Positions 1-14,649 of a DNA stretch of 64,000 nt are shown one piece after another. Under the pieces are notes generated by a model. The model was given only the letters and a program-made list of their open reading frames with translations, was not told the origin of the DNA and made no database searches. Position 1 is the first letter of the stretch. Every line of letters starts with the position of its first letter. The stretch comes from Lingula anatina. Taxonomy: Eukaryota; Animalia; Brachiopoda. The DNA lies in contig CM120646.1 in NCBI GenBank assembly GCA_051362555.1, positions 13,888,001 to 13,952,000 on the forward strand, given 5' to 3'. The translations under genes were made by a program, and so were the position numbers.

Positions 1-3000
1 AGTAAATGGAGAAAGGAAAACTAGACAAAGAAATAGCATCCCAAAGTTCAAATCGTTCCATCCGTCATGCTGAATTTGTAACGCTATTTGATAAAGTGCT
101 GGGGTACGAATAGGGCCTAGATCTAGTTATTTCACATATCTCCATATCTTAGCAGTAAAAGCAGCCAAGGAATAGGTAATTATTTTATTAATATACACAT
201 ACACCAAGTGTGATAACAACACAGCTCAATTATTGGTAATGAACGAGAAATCAAGCCGTTTTAAATGCCAATTATTTGACAACAATCTACTGCAGCACGT
301 ACGCAGCTTCCAAGATCTTTTCCGGTGAGATATAAAACACGAAAGGCAATAATATGGCACCGAAAGCGACCATGGAAATTTTAACCTTGGTCAACAATTA
401 CTGCGCCACGCGCTACGAAAATTGCACACGCGACATATTACTGTCACCAAAATTAGTAAGCATCATAATTACACATTCCACTAAGTACTGCCAGATAGGA
501 AAAGTATGCGCCCGTTCCATGCCACGCCCTCTTTCACTAGCTTCAAGCGCCATTAACAAATCTGGCTAACTCTCACGCAATGTGAGAAATTAAAGTAAAT
601 GAAACAATCACCCTAATAAATTGAACGTCTTACAATTTGAGTCCTATCATAATTATTCGGAATGGCATACTCACAGATTAAGACGCCCTGAACTGTTCCA
701 AAAATGAAAAAAAAAGCTGATGGTTTCAGTCAATGGCATCTACAAGGACGGACAGACGGTCGAACGGACGAATGATGAATGACCTGACAGCTCGCCTGTC
801 ATGCAAGTCTGAAGTCAGCTTCTTGCAGTTGGTCGGTCTATAAATGTCTTTTGGCGCAGGCTCCTTTAGCTGTTAGCCACGTAGCTGATGATCATTCTAC
901 TCAGAGGGTAAATTTCCTCGTTGTCCCAGACTTCCTCGGATGTCACAGTTCGGCAGTTTGGCAAACTTGTTAACTATCCAGACACGTCTAAGTCGGCTGC
1001 GAAACGCCCAGACTTTTTAACGCTAGGAAGCTCTTGGTTGAGTTTCGGTGAGGCGTGGCGCAATGGTTTGCAGGCAGCTGAAAATAAGTCATAATGATAT
1101 ATTCGCCATCTCTGAATCGAACAAAATAGAAAATTGAATCTGAATTTGGTACTGAAACTGCTGTTTGTTGCACAACAAAAAGGAATTGTCCACTTGCATG
1201 GGTTCTTTCATATGTAAACTGAATTTTTGTCATATAATCTGACGTCATTTTTGTATGTGACGTTAAATCTTGACTTGCAGCCCCAGTTCTTTTTCGTGTT
1301 CGTGTGGCCAAAGAATACCTAATTGTAACGTGATTTTCTTTCTTTTGGATAATTTCACTGGTGTGTCCAAGAGGGGGAAATGAAAGGGCATGGGTATAAT
1401 TCCCATTGGACCTTGCCATTTAGATTGGAATAAGTGCTTCAAAATTTAGCAAATGAGGTCAAAGATTCAGGGAAATAATAGAGATGCGAATAGTCTCTTG
1501 GTTCGGGTTTGTTTTCCACATCACTATGTGTAAATATTTTAACTGCGAAAGGACACACATGCATGTATATATCTTGAAGGGCCCAGGCACTGTGCATCGG
1601 TATATAAGTTTTAGCAAAGTCATTTAATTATATATAAAAACTTTTCAACAAAAGCTTTATCAGAAGGAAAATAGCTTCTTAAAGAGAAAAATGGGTAAAT
1701 AGTGGAAAAACGTATCAATCATCAGTGGAATGAGATATCGTGCACCCTTTGCTACTGTTGACAAAGTATTATTATATGTTGGAAGAGGGATACTTATGAA
1801 GATTGATTAGACCAGTACGATAACGAAAAAATGGCAATAAAGTCCATCGTTCACACACACCCCTGGTTAGTCAAGAAGATCAAAGAAGCAATGATTGACC
1901 CGGCATTCCAGTCGTACTTGAGTGTCCGGTCACAGAACTGTAAGATCACGGACGCAAGGCCATTTACCCGCATACCATCAAAAATAATGGTGTAACGACG
2001 GACAGTGGTCATCTCTTTGGCCACCTGTCAGACTTGCACAGTGACGATAGTGCTGACCTTCGCAGAGGTCATGCGAGTACCATTTGGAAAGTCGCCTGAC
2101 CAACCCCACGTGATGAGATGATATTTTACATTGTACACATGTGAAACCGACCACGAACTGTTGCTTTTTGCCATGATACGATGATACTCATGAAGAAAAT
2201 GACCTTATGTTGACGCATATTGTACATTCTTTTTGGGGGAACACATAATTTTACTTGTCAGATAAAAGTTATGATGAGATATGCAATATTGGTGAGAAAC
2301 GTACATGTTCATGTAAGCGCGGCCCAAGACAGCAAACATCACTAACATGCGTTCGCCATACTTGATGAAGAGAAGCAGCTCCTAGGAGAAAGAACTCTTG
2401 ACTTTCCTTTAGATACCAATGAATAGACCGATAATTGAGTACTCTCATAATCCTCTTCAAATATGAATTGGTGGTACAAGGACTTAATTTGTTTTTACTA
2501 ATTCACATAACCAGTTATAACAAATACCTCTTGTATTGAGTTCTGACACCTTCATTGTAAGCGTTTATTTCTGGTTTCCCAACTGAACAGTCAAACCTTG
2601 TATCACTGGTAATTATCTTAATTGTCCCTATGCATTTTGGGCATGATATACTCATATGCAATACACTCATAATAGTGGGAGTCAAAGATGGTACAATGTA
2701 TGTGTAGATTTGTCTTTCAGTTTATCAATAAAAACATCACTGTCCCTGGGTCATTATCCATCATCAGTATCGTTTATTGAGTCATTTTTACTTATAGCCC
2801 TTTGACAGGGGAGAAATATTTGCAATGACTTCAATTATATTTATGACCTTTCCCCTTGACCTTTACAATGTTTATTATGTTCTTGATTAGCGTAGAGTAC
2901 CTTTTTGCGTGTTATAACAACTTGCCATAAAACAGGACGAACGGATTACCACCATATGTTGAACCTGCTTTGGGACTTGTCCTTGGAAAAACGCGAGATT

Positions 3001-5498
3001 GTGAGTTCTCATCATGAGATCTCATTGTGCAACGTCGACTTTATGAGGACGATGTGATTTCTCGAGTATCACATGTGACAACATTCAAGGTCAAGCGCTT
3101 AGGTCAATAAGGGGGGCTATTTTTCTGAAAGGTTGTTTATTTTGATAGTTTCAGCACAATAATGGGATAGACTGAAACAAAAATAATTGTATCCAATGAC
3201 TTACTAAAGTTTAAATCGATTTTCGCTATAATTCATTGATTTAATAACTGTTCAAGATTATAATTATATTTTAGGCTACAGGTACCTTATAACACAATGT
3301 ATTTATCACGAAAAAGATATTTGGTCAAAGAAGGAAGCTGCGCTGTTTCTTATAATAGACTTTTTCTGCACAAGAGGAAAAAACATCACTGAGTTAGTTT
3401 TACTACATTTAGGACAAAGTGCAACTAATTGAAATAAATGAAATGATAGCATGTTTTGGATTTACAATATCACGGCAAACGGTGTAAGGCACCAAAGAAG
3501 ACGAAGGCAATGATGAAGGCATATTCTAAAAATGACAAATATCCCTGCTACTGCACAATATGAGGATTTGGATTATTCTAAAGGCACGCTTTACGCGTTT
3601 GAAAATGTCCCGTATGTCATAATTGTTATCCCTCAAGGCTACTTGCAATATATTTCCCAATCCATACAACGATTTAACCCGTCAAATCTCGACCTTCCCT
3701 CCTGTAATGGCAATAAAACGGCTGTCTAAAAGAAAAATGTTTACTTAAAAATCGCACAGATCATTGAATTCATTTACAGGTACCGGTTTATCAGTGATTA
3801 GTCAGACCAGGAAATCGCTTTTTTTAAAGAAAATAAGGTCTGTAGGATGTGTAGGATACTTGTAGATTAGTAACACGTTAGATTATATGGGCAGTGGTTC
3901 GCACTGTTAAGGGCATTGGCTGCGATGGGTTTTTGCAAAAACAATTTACAACATTTACATACATTATTTGGAAATAGGTTCATTCGTTGTAACCGTAAAA
4001 CCTAGAAGAACGATTATTAGTACCTGTGGATTAAGGAAGTAGATAGGACTTAATTCCTAGCTGGGAATAATTAGTAGGCGGGAAAGTGACTCGTAAAGCA
4101 TTTGATCTTGGGGATAACACGCTTTGCAAGAGCAATGGGTTAATTGTATTGGAGGTCTTTGGTCAGACGAACTTGTGCATCATGAAGTGACGGAAAGGTG
4201 AAACTCTCGTCACAAACAAGATGTTAGCCCTCTAATTGAGGAAGTGTAAACAATTACGGCGTCACGAATGTCGTGCAGTTTTATCAACAGGTATATGTAC
4301 CCTCCCGTACCGGTGTATATAGCACTAGTGGGTGTGAGAGCCTAATGAGATAACTTGTCTAGACAAGTAAAATATTGAAATATTACAAGGGATGTGTCTC
4401 AAAAACGCTCTTAAGTCACTTTAGGGGTAAACCTTCTAAGACTTAGCCGACTAGGTTGCGTTTCAAAAAGTATCTGAACAATCGCTTGCCTCTTTTTATC
4501 GGTTCTTTAACTAAACCTTTAGAGCAAATTTGACAATATATTTTACTCTTAGTGGCGACAACATCCAATCTAGCTTTTTCAAAAACCTGTATTTGGGGTC
4601 ATTCGTTCGTCAAAGCTCTTAGATCAAAGTCGCAAAGTCGACATTGCGTTGTTTGCATAGTCGGCTGCATGTATCAGATTTTAGCCGTCGAAGCTTAATT
4701 ATCTCAAGACCCTTAGACTTTTTAGACGACAGACAGGTGAGATCAAAGAAGAGGTGGTGGTGAGGATTATGATGGTGCATGTAACAGCCATCCTGATAAA
4801 AAGGTATGTGTCTGATTACCTGTACTAGTAAAAAACCTGCATTTCCACCTTGTTCCCACTTAACATGGGCAAGACAGAGAGTGAGACCAAGTTAGATGGT
4901 TAATATCAGAAGTGGGCATACCCCAGGAGTCTTTTGACCTGTTCTGGCAGTTGCAAAATCGATTGAAGTTTTTAAACGGCTACAAGAATAAAATTGTCAA
5001 TCATTTACCAATATTTGGCATTCTCAAGACCATCCTCTTTCTCTCTCTCCACAAACACACACACACAAACAAATACACCCACTAATCAGACAATACATAC
5101 ATTGTATGTGCAGTATATAACTTATTTTTTGCTATCAGTTCGACAGTCAATGTTTGACCTGGGTCGGGATCCTATCACAGAAGTCTCTTTGTCATACTGT
5201 CAAACAATAACCATATTGCCAACAAGCGGTCTATCGCGACGTGTTTACTTGTTTGTTCTGTTATCTAGCATTGTTCTTGATCGCAAGCTTTAAAAAAGCA
5301 TAATTGGCATCACAGCTTGGAAACTAGATTGATGAATATCCAAATATGTTGCTGTCTTTTCTGTCTCTAAATAACCCTGGTATAAGACGCCTATACTGGA
5401 ACATCAAGTGCTCATGGAAATAGTTCCTTTTCTATTCAAATTATGAAAATACCTTTGATGACACCTTGGACCTATGAGTTTGTTTGAAAGGGTGATAC

Positions 5499-5570
5499 AT
5501 GACTTACAGGTGGGTATTGGATGACTTATACCTGTAGATGGGCACTAGATGACTTATACATGTAGATGTG
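5499..5570. repeat. ~28-bp tandem repeat (3 copies)
   Basis: ATGACTTA(TA)C(C/A)TGTAGATG.. repeated. Confidence 0.6.
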
Positions 5571-6185
5571 GTCTAATGGATTGAACTAGTGAGGCGGCAT
5601 AAGGACATGTTCTAAAAAGCTGACGTACGGACAAGTAAACCGATTTGAATACAACCTAAAAACACGAGTTAATAATAGTATGAAAATGATACAGATTTTT
5701 AACCGAAAGGTATTGGATTATTCAGAGGTACCCTTTTGAAAATAAATTATCTTTATTAGTAAAAAATTACCAAATTTTAATACAAGGTACGGGGACCTTG
5801 AACGGATTGGCGGTGGATTGTATTCATACTGAATTTTCTTAGCATTTAGTTAATTTCAAAGAATGGTCAGGAAGGCGTCTTTGGGGTCAGTTTGTGAACG
5901 AAGGAATAATGCGAGGTTGACTTTGGACTTTAAGAAAAATGTATGGGGTACATGTACCCGAGCAAAATATATTTTATGGAGTATTTGTCGCCAATTATCG
6001 GTTTTTCCTGCCTATTTTGTTCAATATGCATGCCTTCTCTGTCATATTCCCATATTATATGAAGTTTGCAGAAGTAACTGTTTTGCAGCCGAAGCTTGTT
6101 TCCCGAAGTGATTTCGATGCATTGTTGAGAGGTTTTATTGAGAGAGATGTAGTTGAAATGAATATAAAAAACAGCTAAATCTTTA

Positions 6186-9100
6186 TTAAAGGACAATGTT
6201 CATGTAAAAATCCATTTCTCGAATTTTGAAGATACAGCACTCAATCTATACACTAGAGGTATGTTTTAATCGATCCCCGCCATTTAAAAATTATAAAAAC
6301 AATCTATTAGTAGAAAAAAAGCGTTTTAGTAAACCTCACCTCAATATGCAAAAATGAAGCAACAGATCTGGGTCACGTGGTACTGTGACGACAATCACGA
6401 TAAAGGTCTATGAGACTCAACTGAGCTGCAGGTGCATACAGACGGAGAAGTTAAGGAAAGTTGTGTTGAACGGAGTTGAGGAATTTTCGTTATGCCTCGG
6501 TGTGTTGCCGTGGGATTCACCAAAATTGCAGCTCTCGTTGACAATCTTTCTTTGTCTGTGACGGTCTTCCGTGACTTACTTACTAACTTCGGTGACAATA
6601 GTTGCGATGCTCTAGATCATGGTCACCTCAGGTGGTTTAGATCATATCAAGAGCTGGTAGTCTTTCATATTAACTGTCATCAGTTGGCAAACTTACTGAT
6701 TGCTGATGCATTTTAAATGCATTGTAGTTGACCAAAAGCTCGTTTACAACAAACCTGTTAATTATGCACCGCTGCAATTCCCAAGCCAGGTAATAACAGG
6801 TATGAAACTCGTCTTGGTGGGCTTTCATATTTTTCAATATATCTCATTTATTTCATGGGGTTATGTTATTGGTATTTGTAAATGACGTTAAATATCAATA
6901 CTTAAACAATTAAGTTCAAACACGGTCGCGAACATTAATAAAAGAAATTGCTCTCAGGGTATCTTGAGGCTTCCGTGGAAGAAAACGTGTTGAGGAAAAA
7001 CAGGAAAAAGAGCGTTATATTAAAGAAAAAATGGGAACTGCTATAATAAAATGGTTCGTTATCCTAATTCGTTTATGCTTTGAGGATTTGTTTCTGAAGA
7101 TTATTTCATCTGAAATATTAAATAATTTAAAAGATTGATTATTTTATAACTTAACGCAAATTCTGCGTCAGTACGCAATTTTTTTTTTTTTTTGCAAATT
7201 TGTAAGCTTATAACAACGTGCTATAAAGATCTACTCAACAAAAAAATTTGCTTGGGTAAAATTGAGTACGGAATGAACTGGAGACACTTGGCTTGTCATT
7301 AAGTTTACACGAAAATATGTCAGGTAACTTTATACTGTCTTTGAAAGAGTAAAGATTGAAAGATAATTTTAGACAAACTTTGACGGGGGAAATACCTACA
7401 AAGAGTAATGGGCTATTTCGCCAACATCTTGTTGAAAATTTTACACTGCAATTCTATCAAATAAGCTAAGGAACTAATTGCCAAATTAATACTCTCATCA
7501 CATAACAGGGGGGTAACCAGACCTGCAAAAATTGTACGCACATATTTAAAAAGATTACAAGCACATACAGCAAAATGTAGACTTACGCAAAACATGAAGG
7601 ACAGCGTAATCACAGCAAATGTACCTCATATAGTAGCTTAATTTCCATTAATAATAAAATCATCATTTAAGTCAAAAATATTCTTGCGATTTAATAACTA
7701 TTTTAATTTACCCAGAACGGTATATTTATTTTTAAAGGCGGTTAACTGAAATATAGTTTTATGATTTGTTTGTGAAAATTGCCCATGTCACCCTGTTAGT
7801 TTGGAGGTCTAAGCTGGATCAAGTCCGTGTTAAAATTCCTATGAAGTTGTGCAGGAAAAATTCTTCCTTTCTTTCTCTAGCTCCTCGATAAACCTGGTGT
7901 TCAGATTTTATCTAGTACCCCCAGGTCTACGGGAGCTGCGCTTTGTAACTAACGCACAGGTAGATTTTTACCTGAGATAACTGGAGTAAAGCTTAGATAG
8001 AGAGTGCGTTCGATACAAGCAAGACAAATTGAATGCCATTTAACCCTCTAATTAAGAGGTAAAGGAAGTTCCAGGTAGATGGATGATTAAGATAGGACTT
8101 GTAAAGGTAACGGGCATTGTTTACCTCAGTTTAATAAAAGTATGCAAGACGGAGTGTCAGCGGTTTAATAAAATAAATTGAATTTCACAAATAACATGGA
8201 CCTCATATGCAATAATCAACATTTCCCTAAACTCATTCAAATGCAGTGTTTTATACAGCTTGGGATAACCATAATGAAATGCTTGTTAAAGAAATGACTA
8301 GACGGGAAATGGTTTTACACAGCTTCACGAGGATTTAGACCCCTCGGGTAAGAGATTTGAATGAGTATAAACTTTTATCAGAAGCCAGAGAAGTCATCTT
8401 ACAGGTAGACAATGCAGCTCAGTTTGACAGCTAAGCACGCTCTGTTCTCCAGTGGCTCGATTGTCGTCATTGGACCACGTGACCACGTAGCTCATTAACT
8501 CCCAGGCCGAGCAAATAGGACGTTTTTTAAAGCCAAAAATTTACAAAATGAGCTTTTAATTTGTGTATTTGGATAAAGATATCGTTAGTTGGGCATCTTT
8601 TCTGAAGAATATGTTCCGTTCAGGCCATTCTGACGGCATGAAGCAAACCCTTTAAAGGACAATGTTCATGTAAAAATCCATTTCTCGAATTTTGAAGATA
8701 CAGCACTCAATCTATACACTAGAGGTATGTTTTAATCGATCCCCGCCATTTAAAAATTATAAAAACAATCTATTAGTAGAAAAAAAGCGTTTTAGTAAAC
8801 CTCACCTCAATATGCAAAAATGAAGCAACAGATCTGGGTCACGTGGTACTGTGACGACAATCACGATAAAGGTCTATGAGACTCAACTGAGCTGCAGGTG
8901 CATACAGACGGAGAAGTTAAGGAAAGTTGTGTTGAACGGAGTTGAGGAATTTTCGTTATGCCTCGGTGTGTTGCCGTGGGATTCACCAAAATTGCAGCTC
9001 TCGTTGACAATCTTTCTTTGTCTGTGACGGTCTTCCGTGACTTACTTACTAACTTCGGTGACAATAGTTGCGATGCTCTAGATCATGGTCACCTCAGGTG

Positions 9101-11121
9101 GTTTAGATCATATCAAGAGCTGGTAGTCTTTCATATTAACTGTCATCAGTTGGCAAACTTACTGATTGCTGATGCATTTTAAATGCATTGTAGTTGACCA
9201 AAAGCTCGTTTACAACAAACCTGTTAATTATGCACCGCTGCAATTCCCAAGCCAGGTAATAACAGGTATGAAACTCGTCTTGGTGGGCTTTCATATTTTT
9301 CAATATATCTCATTTATTTCATGGGGTTATGTTATTGGTATTTGTAAATGACGTTAAATATCAATACTTAAACAATTAAGTTCAAACACGGTCGCGAACA
9401 TTAATAAAAGAAATTGCTCTCAGGGTATCTTGAGGCTTCCGTGGAAGAAAACGTGTTGAGGAAAAACAGGAAAAAGAGCGTTATATTAAAGAAAAAATGG
9501 GAACTGCTATAATAAAATGGTTCGTTATCCTAATTCGTTTATGCTTTGAGGATTTGTTTCTGAAGATTATTTCATCTGAAATATTAAATAATTTAAAAGA
9601 TTGATTATTTTATAACTTAACGCAAATTCTGCGTCAGTACGCAATTTTTTTTTTTTTTTGCAAATTTGTAAGCTTATAACAACGTGCTATAAAGATCTAC
9701 TCAACAAAAAAATTTGCTTGGGTAAAATTGAGTACGGAATGAACTGGAGACACTTGGCTTGTCATTAAGTTTACACGAAAATATGTCAGGTAACTTTATA
9801 CTGTCTTTGAAAGAGTAAAGATTGAAAGATAATTTTAGACAAACTTTGACGGGGGAAATACCTACAAAGAGTAATGGGCTATTTCGCCAACATCTTGTTG
9901 AAAATTTTACACTGCAATTCTATCAAATAAGCTAAGGAACTAATTGCCAAATTAATACTCTCATCACATAACAGGGGGGTAACCAGACCTGCAAAAATTG
10001 TACGCACATATTTAAAAAGATTACAAGCACATACAGCAAAATGTAGACTTACGCAAAACATGAAGGACAGCGTAATCACAGCAAATGTACCTCATATAGT
10101 AGCTTAATTTCCATTAATAATAAAATCATCATTTAAGTCAAAAATATTCTTGCGATTTAATAACTATTTTAATTTACCCAGAACGGTATATTTATTTTTA
10201 AAGGCGGTTAACTGAAATATAGTTTTATGATTTGTTTGTGAAAATTGCCCATGTCACCCTGTTAGTTTGGAGGTCTAAGCTGGATCAAGTCCGTGTTAAA
10301 ATTCCTATGAAGTTGTGCAGGAAAAATTCTTCCTTTCTTTCTCTAGCTCCTCGATAAACCTGGTGTTCAGATTTTATCTAGTACCCCCAGGTCTACGGGA
10401 GCTGCGCTTTGTAACTAACGCACAGGTAGATTTTTACCTGAGATAACTGGAGTAAAGCTTAGATAGAGAGTGCGTTCGATACAAGCAAGACAAATTGAAT
10501 GCCATTTAACCCTCTAATTAAGAGGTAAAGGAAGTTCCAGGTAGATGGATGATTAAGATAGGACTTGTAAAGGTAACGGGCATTGTTTACCTCAGTTTAA
10601 TAAAAGTATGCAAGACGGAGTGTCAGCGGTTTAATAAAATAAATTGAATTTCACAAATAACATGGACCTCATATGCAATAATCAACATTTCCCTAAACTC
10701 ATTCAAATGCAGTGTTTTATACAGCTTGGGATAACCATAATGAAATGCTTGTTAAAGAAATGACTAGACGGGAAATGGTTTTACACAGCTTCACGAGGAT
10801 TTAGACCCCTCGGGTAAGAGATTTGAATGAGTATAAACTTTTATCAGAAGCCAGAGAAGTCATCTTACAGGTAGACAATGCAGCTCAGTTTGACAGCTAA
10901 GCACGCTCTGTTCTCCAGTGGCTCGATTGTCGTCATTGGACCACGTGACCACGTAGCTCATTAACTCCCAGGCCGAGCAAATAGGACGTTTTTTAAAGCC
11001 AAAAATTTACAAAATGAGCTTTTAATTTGTGTATTTGGATAAAGATATCGTTAGTTGGGCATCTTTTCTGAAGAATATGTTCCGTTCAGGCCATTCTGAC
11101 GGCATGAAGCAAACCCTTTAA
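6186..11121. mobile_element. Head-to-tail dimer of a 2466-bp non-autonomous Kolobok-like DNA transposon (TTAA-unit-TTAA-unit-TTAA)
   Basis: Copies at 6186-8651 and 8652-11117 (duplicate ORFs in the track are offset by exactly 2466). TTAA at 6186, 8652 and 11118. Imperfect TIRs AGGacaatgTTCATG / CATGAAgcaaacCCT. Subterminal inverted repeat GGTCACGTGGT..TGACGACAATC (6371-6396) vs GATTGTCGTCA..ACCACGTGACC (8459-8484). TTAA targets with AGG..CCT ends are typical of Kolobok. Confidence 0.75.
6492..6790 (+). pseudogene. Decayed THAP-domain coding remnant inside the transposon (second copy 8958-9256)
   Basis: Starts MPRCVAVG (THAP-like N-terminus); later HF and AIP motifs lie in different frames, so the frame is disrupted. 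Confidence 0.4.
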
Positions 11122-14100
11122 GCAAAATCGGTAAATAAACCACGCTCTGTTGAGAATGATTAATGCTCAGCTGCATTATCTACAAACAATTTGTTTTGTT
11201 TTTATATCCAACAATGGCGGTGTTTTCGTACCGGTTGTGACAAAAGACCCTTCTGTAACTATGAGCATCGGAATGTTCCGTTCTCTCGAAAATAACGATC
11301 GCCCATGCAACTGACTTCGCGGAAACTAAACCTATTCTTTTTGACTAGATGTCTCTTCAACACATTCTAAATCCATAAATTGCTTTCTGCTCGTGTTGGA
11401 TTCTTATATACTACATGTGGGCATTACCCCCGGAATACATTAATAATTCCAACATGCATCGCAGAAGAAATAAATCCAATTGTCTATGAAAGATGGTGTA
11501 TTTTTGTCACGAACTATGAACTATATGTTGATAGCCAGTGATAAAACTCAATATTCCTCAAACGATCGTCTAGACCTTGAGTAGTTAAAATCTGGCTTTG
11601 TGCGAGGCATGTGTAAATCACACATAACATATGCATAAACGTACGGATATAGAATTTTAAAATATTCTCAGGATGTATAGAATAGCGGTTAATATTCTGG
11701 TACTACAACATAGAGAACCGAAAGAAATTGTTGCGGGAATCTTTGGATAGACCGTCCAACACATTGAAGTTACAGCAATAAGGTGAATAACGGTGAATAA
11801 AGGTGAATAACATTAGATGGCAGCACTTATAAATTGTAGGACAATCTCAAAGATATTCCGATGAAGTCATATTCAGCGTCAAAAATCAGTACATATATTC
11901 TATGTCCCTATACCCAACAACAATGGTAAACACGCGCAGTCAGTGAAGCAATTCCTGCAAAAAATTAAGAAATGGAACATACCGGTAAAAGGACCTGTCC
12001 ATTTTTGTATCCTAAAAAATTCAGAAGGAAACATTGAGATAAAAAGATAAACTTTCAACTTACAGAGCTCTTGCCTCAGCTAACTTCCCTCTCGTTCGAC
12101 CCCATGCCGAAGTGTGGAGGGGTGAGAAGAAAGGATTCATTCAAAGATTCTCTCGAGTTCTTGGTTATGGGCCGTTTGCAGAAGACGGTCCTTTATCACT
12201 TCTGACATGCACGGCTTTATACTGCGCGGGCCGTCGTCGAAACATTGCGAGGAGACAGAAGGGATGTTACGTGACATGAAGAAATTATTTTTCACCTTCG
12301 TCTGTGGCAACACTTTTCCCCTTTCTTAAAGCCAAATATGTATAAATATTCTTATCAGAAAAAATTTTCTATTCTCTTACTTTTGAAAAAAAAAAGGTAT
12401 GTTATTCTAAGCTTCAGCACAGTTGTCTGTATAATATTTCATAACGTGCTATCATTTAGAATTCACGCGTGGAAGTTAATGCGTGAGCGACTTGTTTATG
12501 TGCGTTTGGTTTTTCGCATGCATCTGTATCCGTTTCTGTGCGTTTCTATCTCGGTGTGGGGGATATGTGTATGCGTGTGCGCGCGCATGTATGTCGCCCC
12601 TCGCGCAAACCATCTGTCTCCTCATTTAAAACAAAAGCGGTACGTGTCATACTTCAATTTCCCTCCCTCTAGTGTGTGACGCTTAGCATCGATAATTTAT
12701 GACGAAAAGCGAAGGTAAGGTTCCTCCGTAACAAACATGGCTGGCGTGTGCAGCCGTTGAAAATAGACAGCCGAAATATCAATTGACTGTGATGGGGATC
12801 ACTGGACAAAGAGCGTTCGAATAGTCTGGTCGCCTCAGTTTCATCGTGCGCACTGGCCAACACGGTGAGTTAAGTGTTTAAGCTGTTTGATATTCTACGC
12901 AACTCCCCCATGTTTTACTAACCTCTCTTTGGTGATAAGATCCAAAGACTCAGAAGGCGACCAATAGTGTGTTCCACTTCGTACTTCTTGTTGCTTTCAA
13001 TTCGACTTCGTCTTCCCGTCCATCGCCATCGTCTCTATATTGTCTAAGATGGTAAAATGCATGCTGCTAATGTAGGATGTTTACCTTGTGGTAGTCTAAC
13101 AATATATATCTGTCAGACGTGGTAGCATAGAGCGCTGACTGATGAGAGGCCAACGTGTATTCGCATGCAATATAGCAGTCGGCATAGTAGAAGCACTATC
13201 TAAACGGAGATTATCTTTTAAGTACTTTCCACCCTTAAATGTGACAGAAATCTGTTATATCTCGTTCAAAAATTGTGTATTTTCCTCCATATATTTATAC
13301 ACTGCGCCTGAAAAAGTAATGATGTATGCAGATTTTTTTTCTTGGGGGGGGGGGGGGGGTACATGTAGTCTACATGCACGCGCGATCACATTTGAAACGG
13401 GATGTTTTATGTTTGAGGTTCTAAGCTGAGTATTTCCATCGCAAGTGCCAGTAAGCTCACGTGATTAATTTCCGCGAACACAAGCTCCACTTTTCTTCAC
13501 TTATGACGCCAAGGACAAATTAGCTTGGCATCACGTTACCTGCATGGTTTCTCCATAGGACTTTTCTTTGGGGCACTAAGGACACATAGGACTAACAGAT
13601 AATTTTAGTCAGCGTGTTTGGGTATTAAGTACTAGTGGCTCAATCAGACTTAGAAATGTTACTCAAATTAAAAAAAAACAAATTAATAATAATAATAAAT
13701 AATAATAACACTTCAGTCGAACTGCCTCAGCAAATCAGGCTTACTGCAGGAAACAATAGGTTCCAATCACCGGTGAATGAAGTTATGCAGTATATGCAAT
13801 AACATATGCATGCTAAAATTGTGTTCAAAATACAAGGTACACGCTTTTCAGAATTTTGGGACTTTTCAAATGCCTGTCGCATGACGAAAACACCTTACAT
13901 TTTATTGCTATTTTACCTGATTCAAATGTTGTGACAGTCACGTCTACATTAGGACTGTCACAAGTTATGTGGTTAAAAACTTCTTTATCTCAACCACTCA
14001 TAGTTTGCATAAAAACCATCATAAATATCTTTTCCCCCTGAATCAGTAGCTTCATGAAAACACAAACCACACTACGATTAGAATCTTGAAGACCAACAAT

Positions 14101-14649
14101 AAGTTATAAATTTCCCTGCATGATTCCTACATTCTGAGGTTACCACTAATCTACAAATATATTTGATGGTTATGTTTAAACACTGATTCGGCAAAGAAGA
14201 AATGACAGACAAAAAGAGTTCCATTGATGATAGAATATCTCAAAAGGTAAACCACGGTCGAGGCTGATAAACAACCTCAAGAATGTAAATAGCAGGGCTT
14301 GTGATTTCATCACATACAAAATGTTATGACAAACGATAGACGTCTACAAAGATAAAAAGACCGTTTTTAACGAACGTACAAATCGAATTTCACTTGAATA
14401 CTGGTTATTCGAACCGAAAACCCGGTGATTCAGAACCATGAGAGAACGTCGTTTAGATTGTTTGAAAATCAAAACAAACATTTTCTTTACCTAATAGGGG
14501 TAGCAAATGTCCATGTACAACGACAATGATAAAGTGCAAATGCCCACCTTAAAATCCGCAAAAGGGCCATAACGGTGGAATCACGCAAGTTCGGTACAAA
14601 CACCTGCGGACTTTCCAAACAAAATAAGACAAATATCATAGTGATTTTA

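Noticed and set aside
988-1419. 143-aa minus-strand ORF and other short intergenic or intronic ORFs in the track
   Set aside because: No domain motifs or splice-consistent context; expected by chance.
1790-2260. GC-richer, coding-looking segment (MAIKSIVHTHPWLVKKIKEAMIDPAFQSYL...)
   Set aside because: Short and interrupted by stops, with no recognisable domain; it may be a decayed element but needs a BLASTX search.
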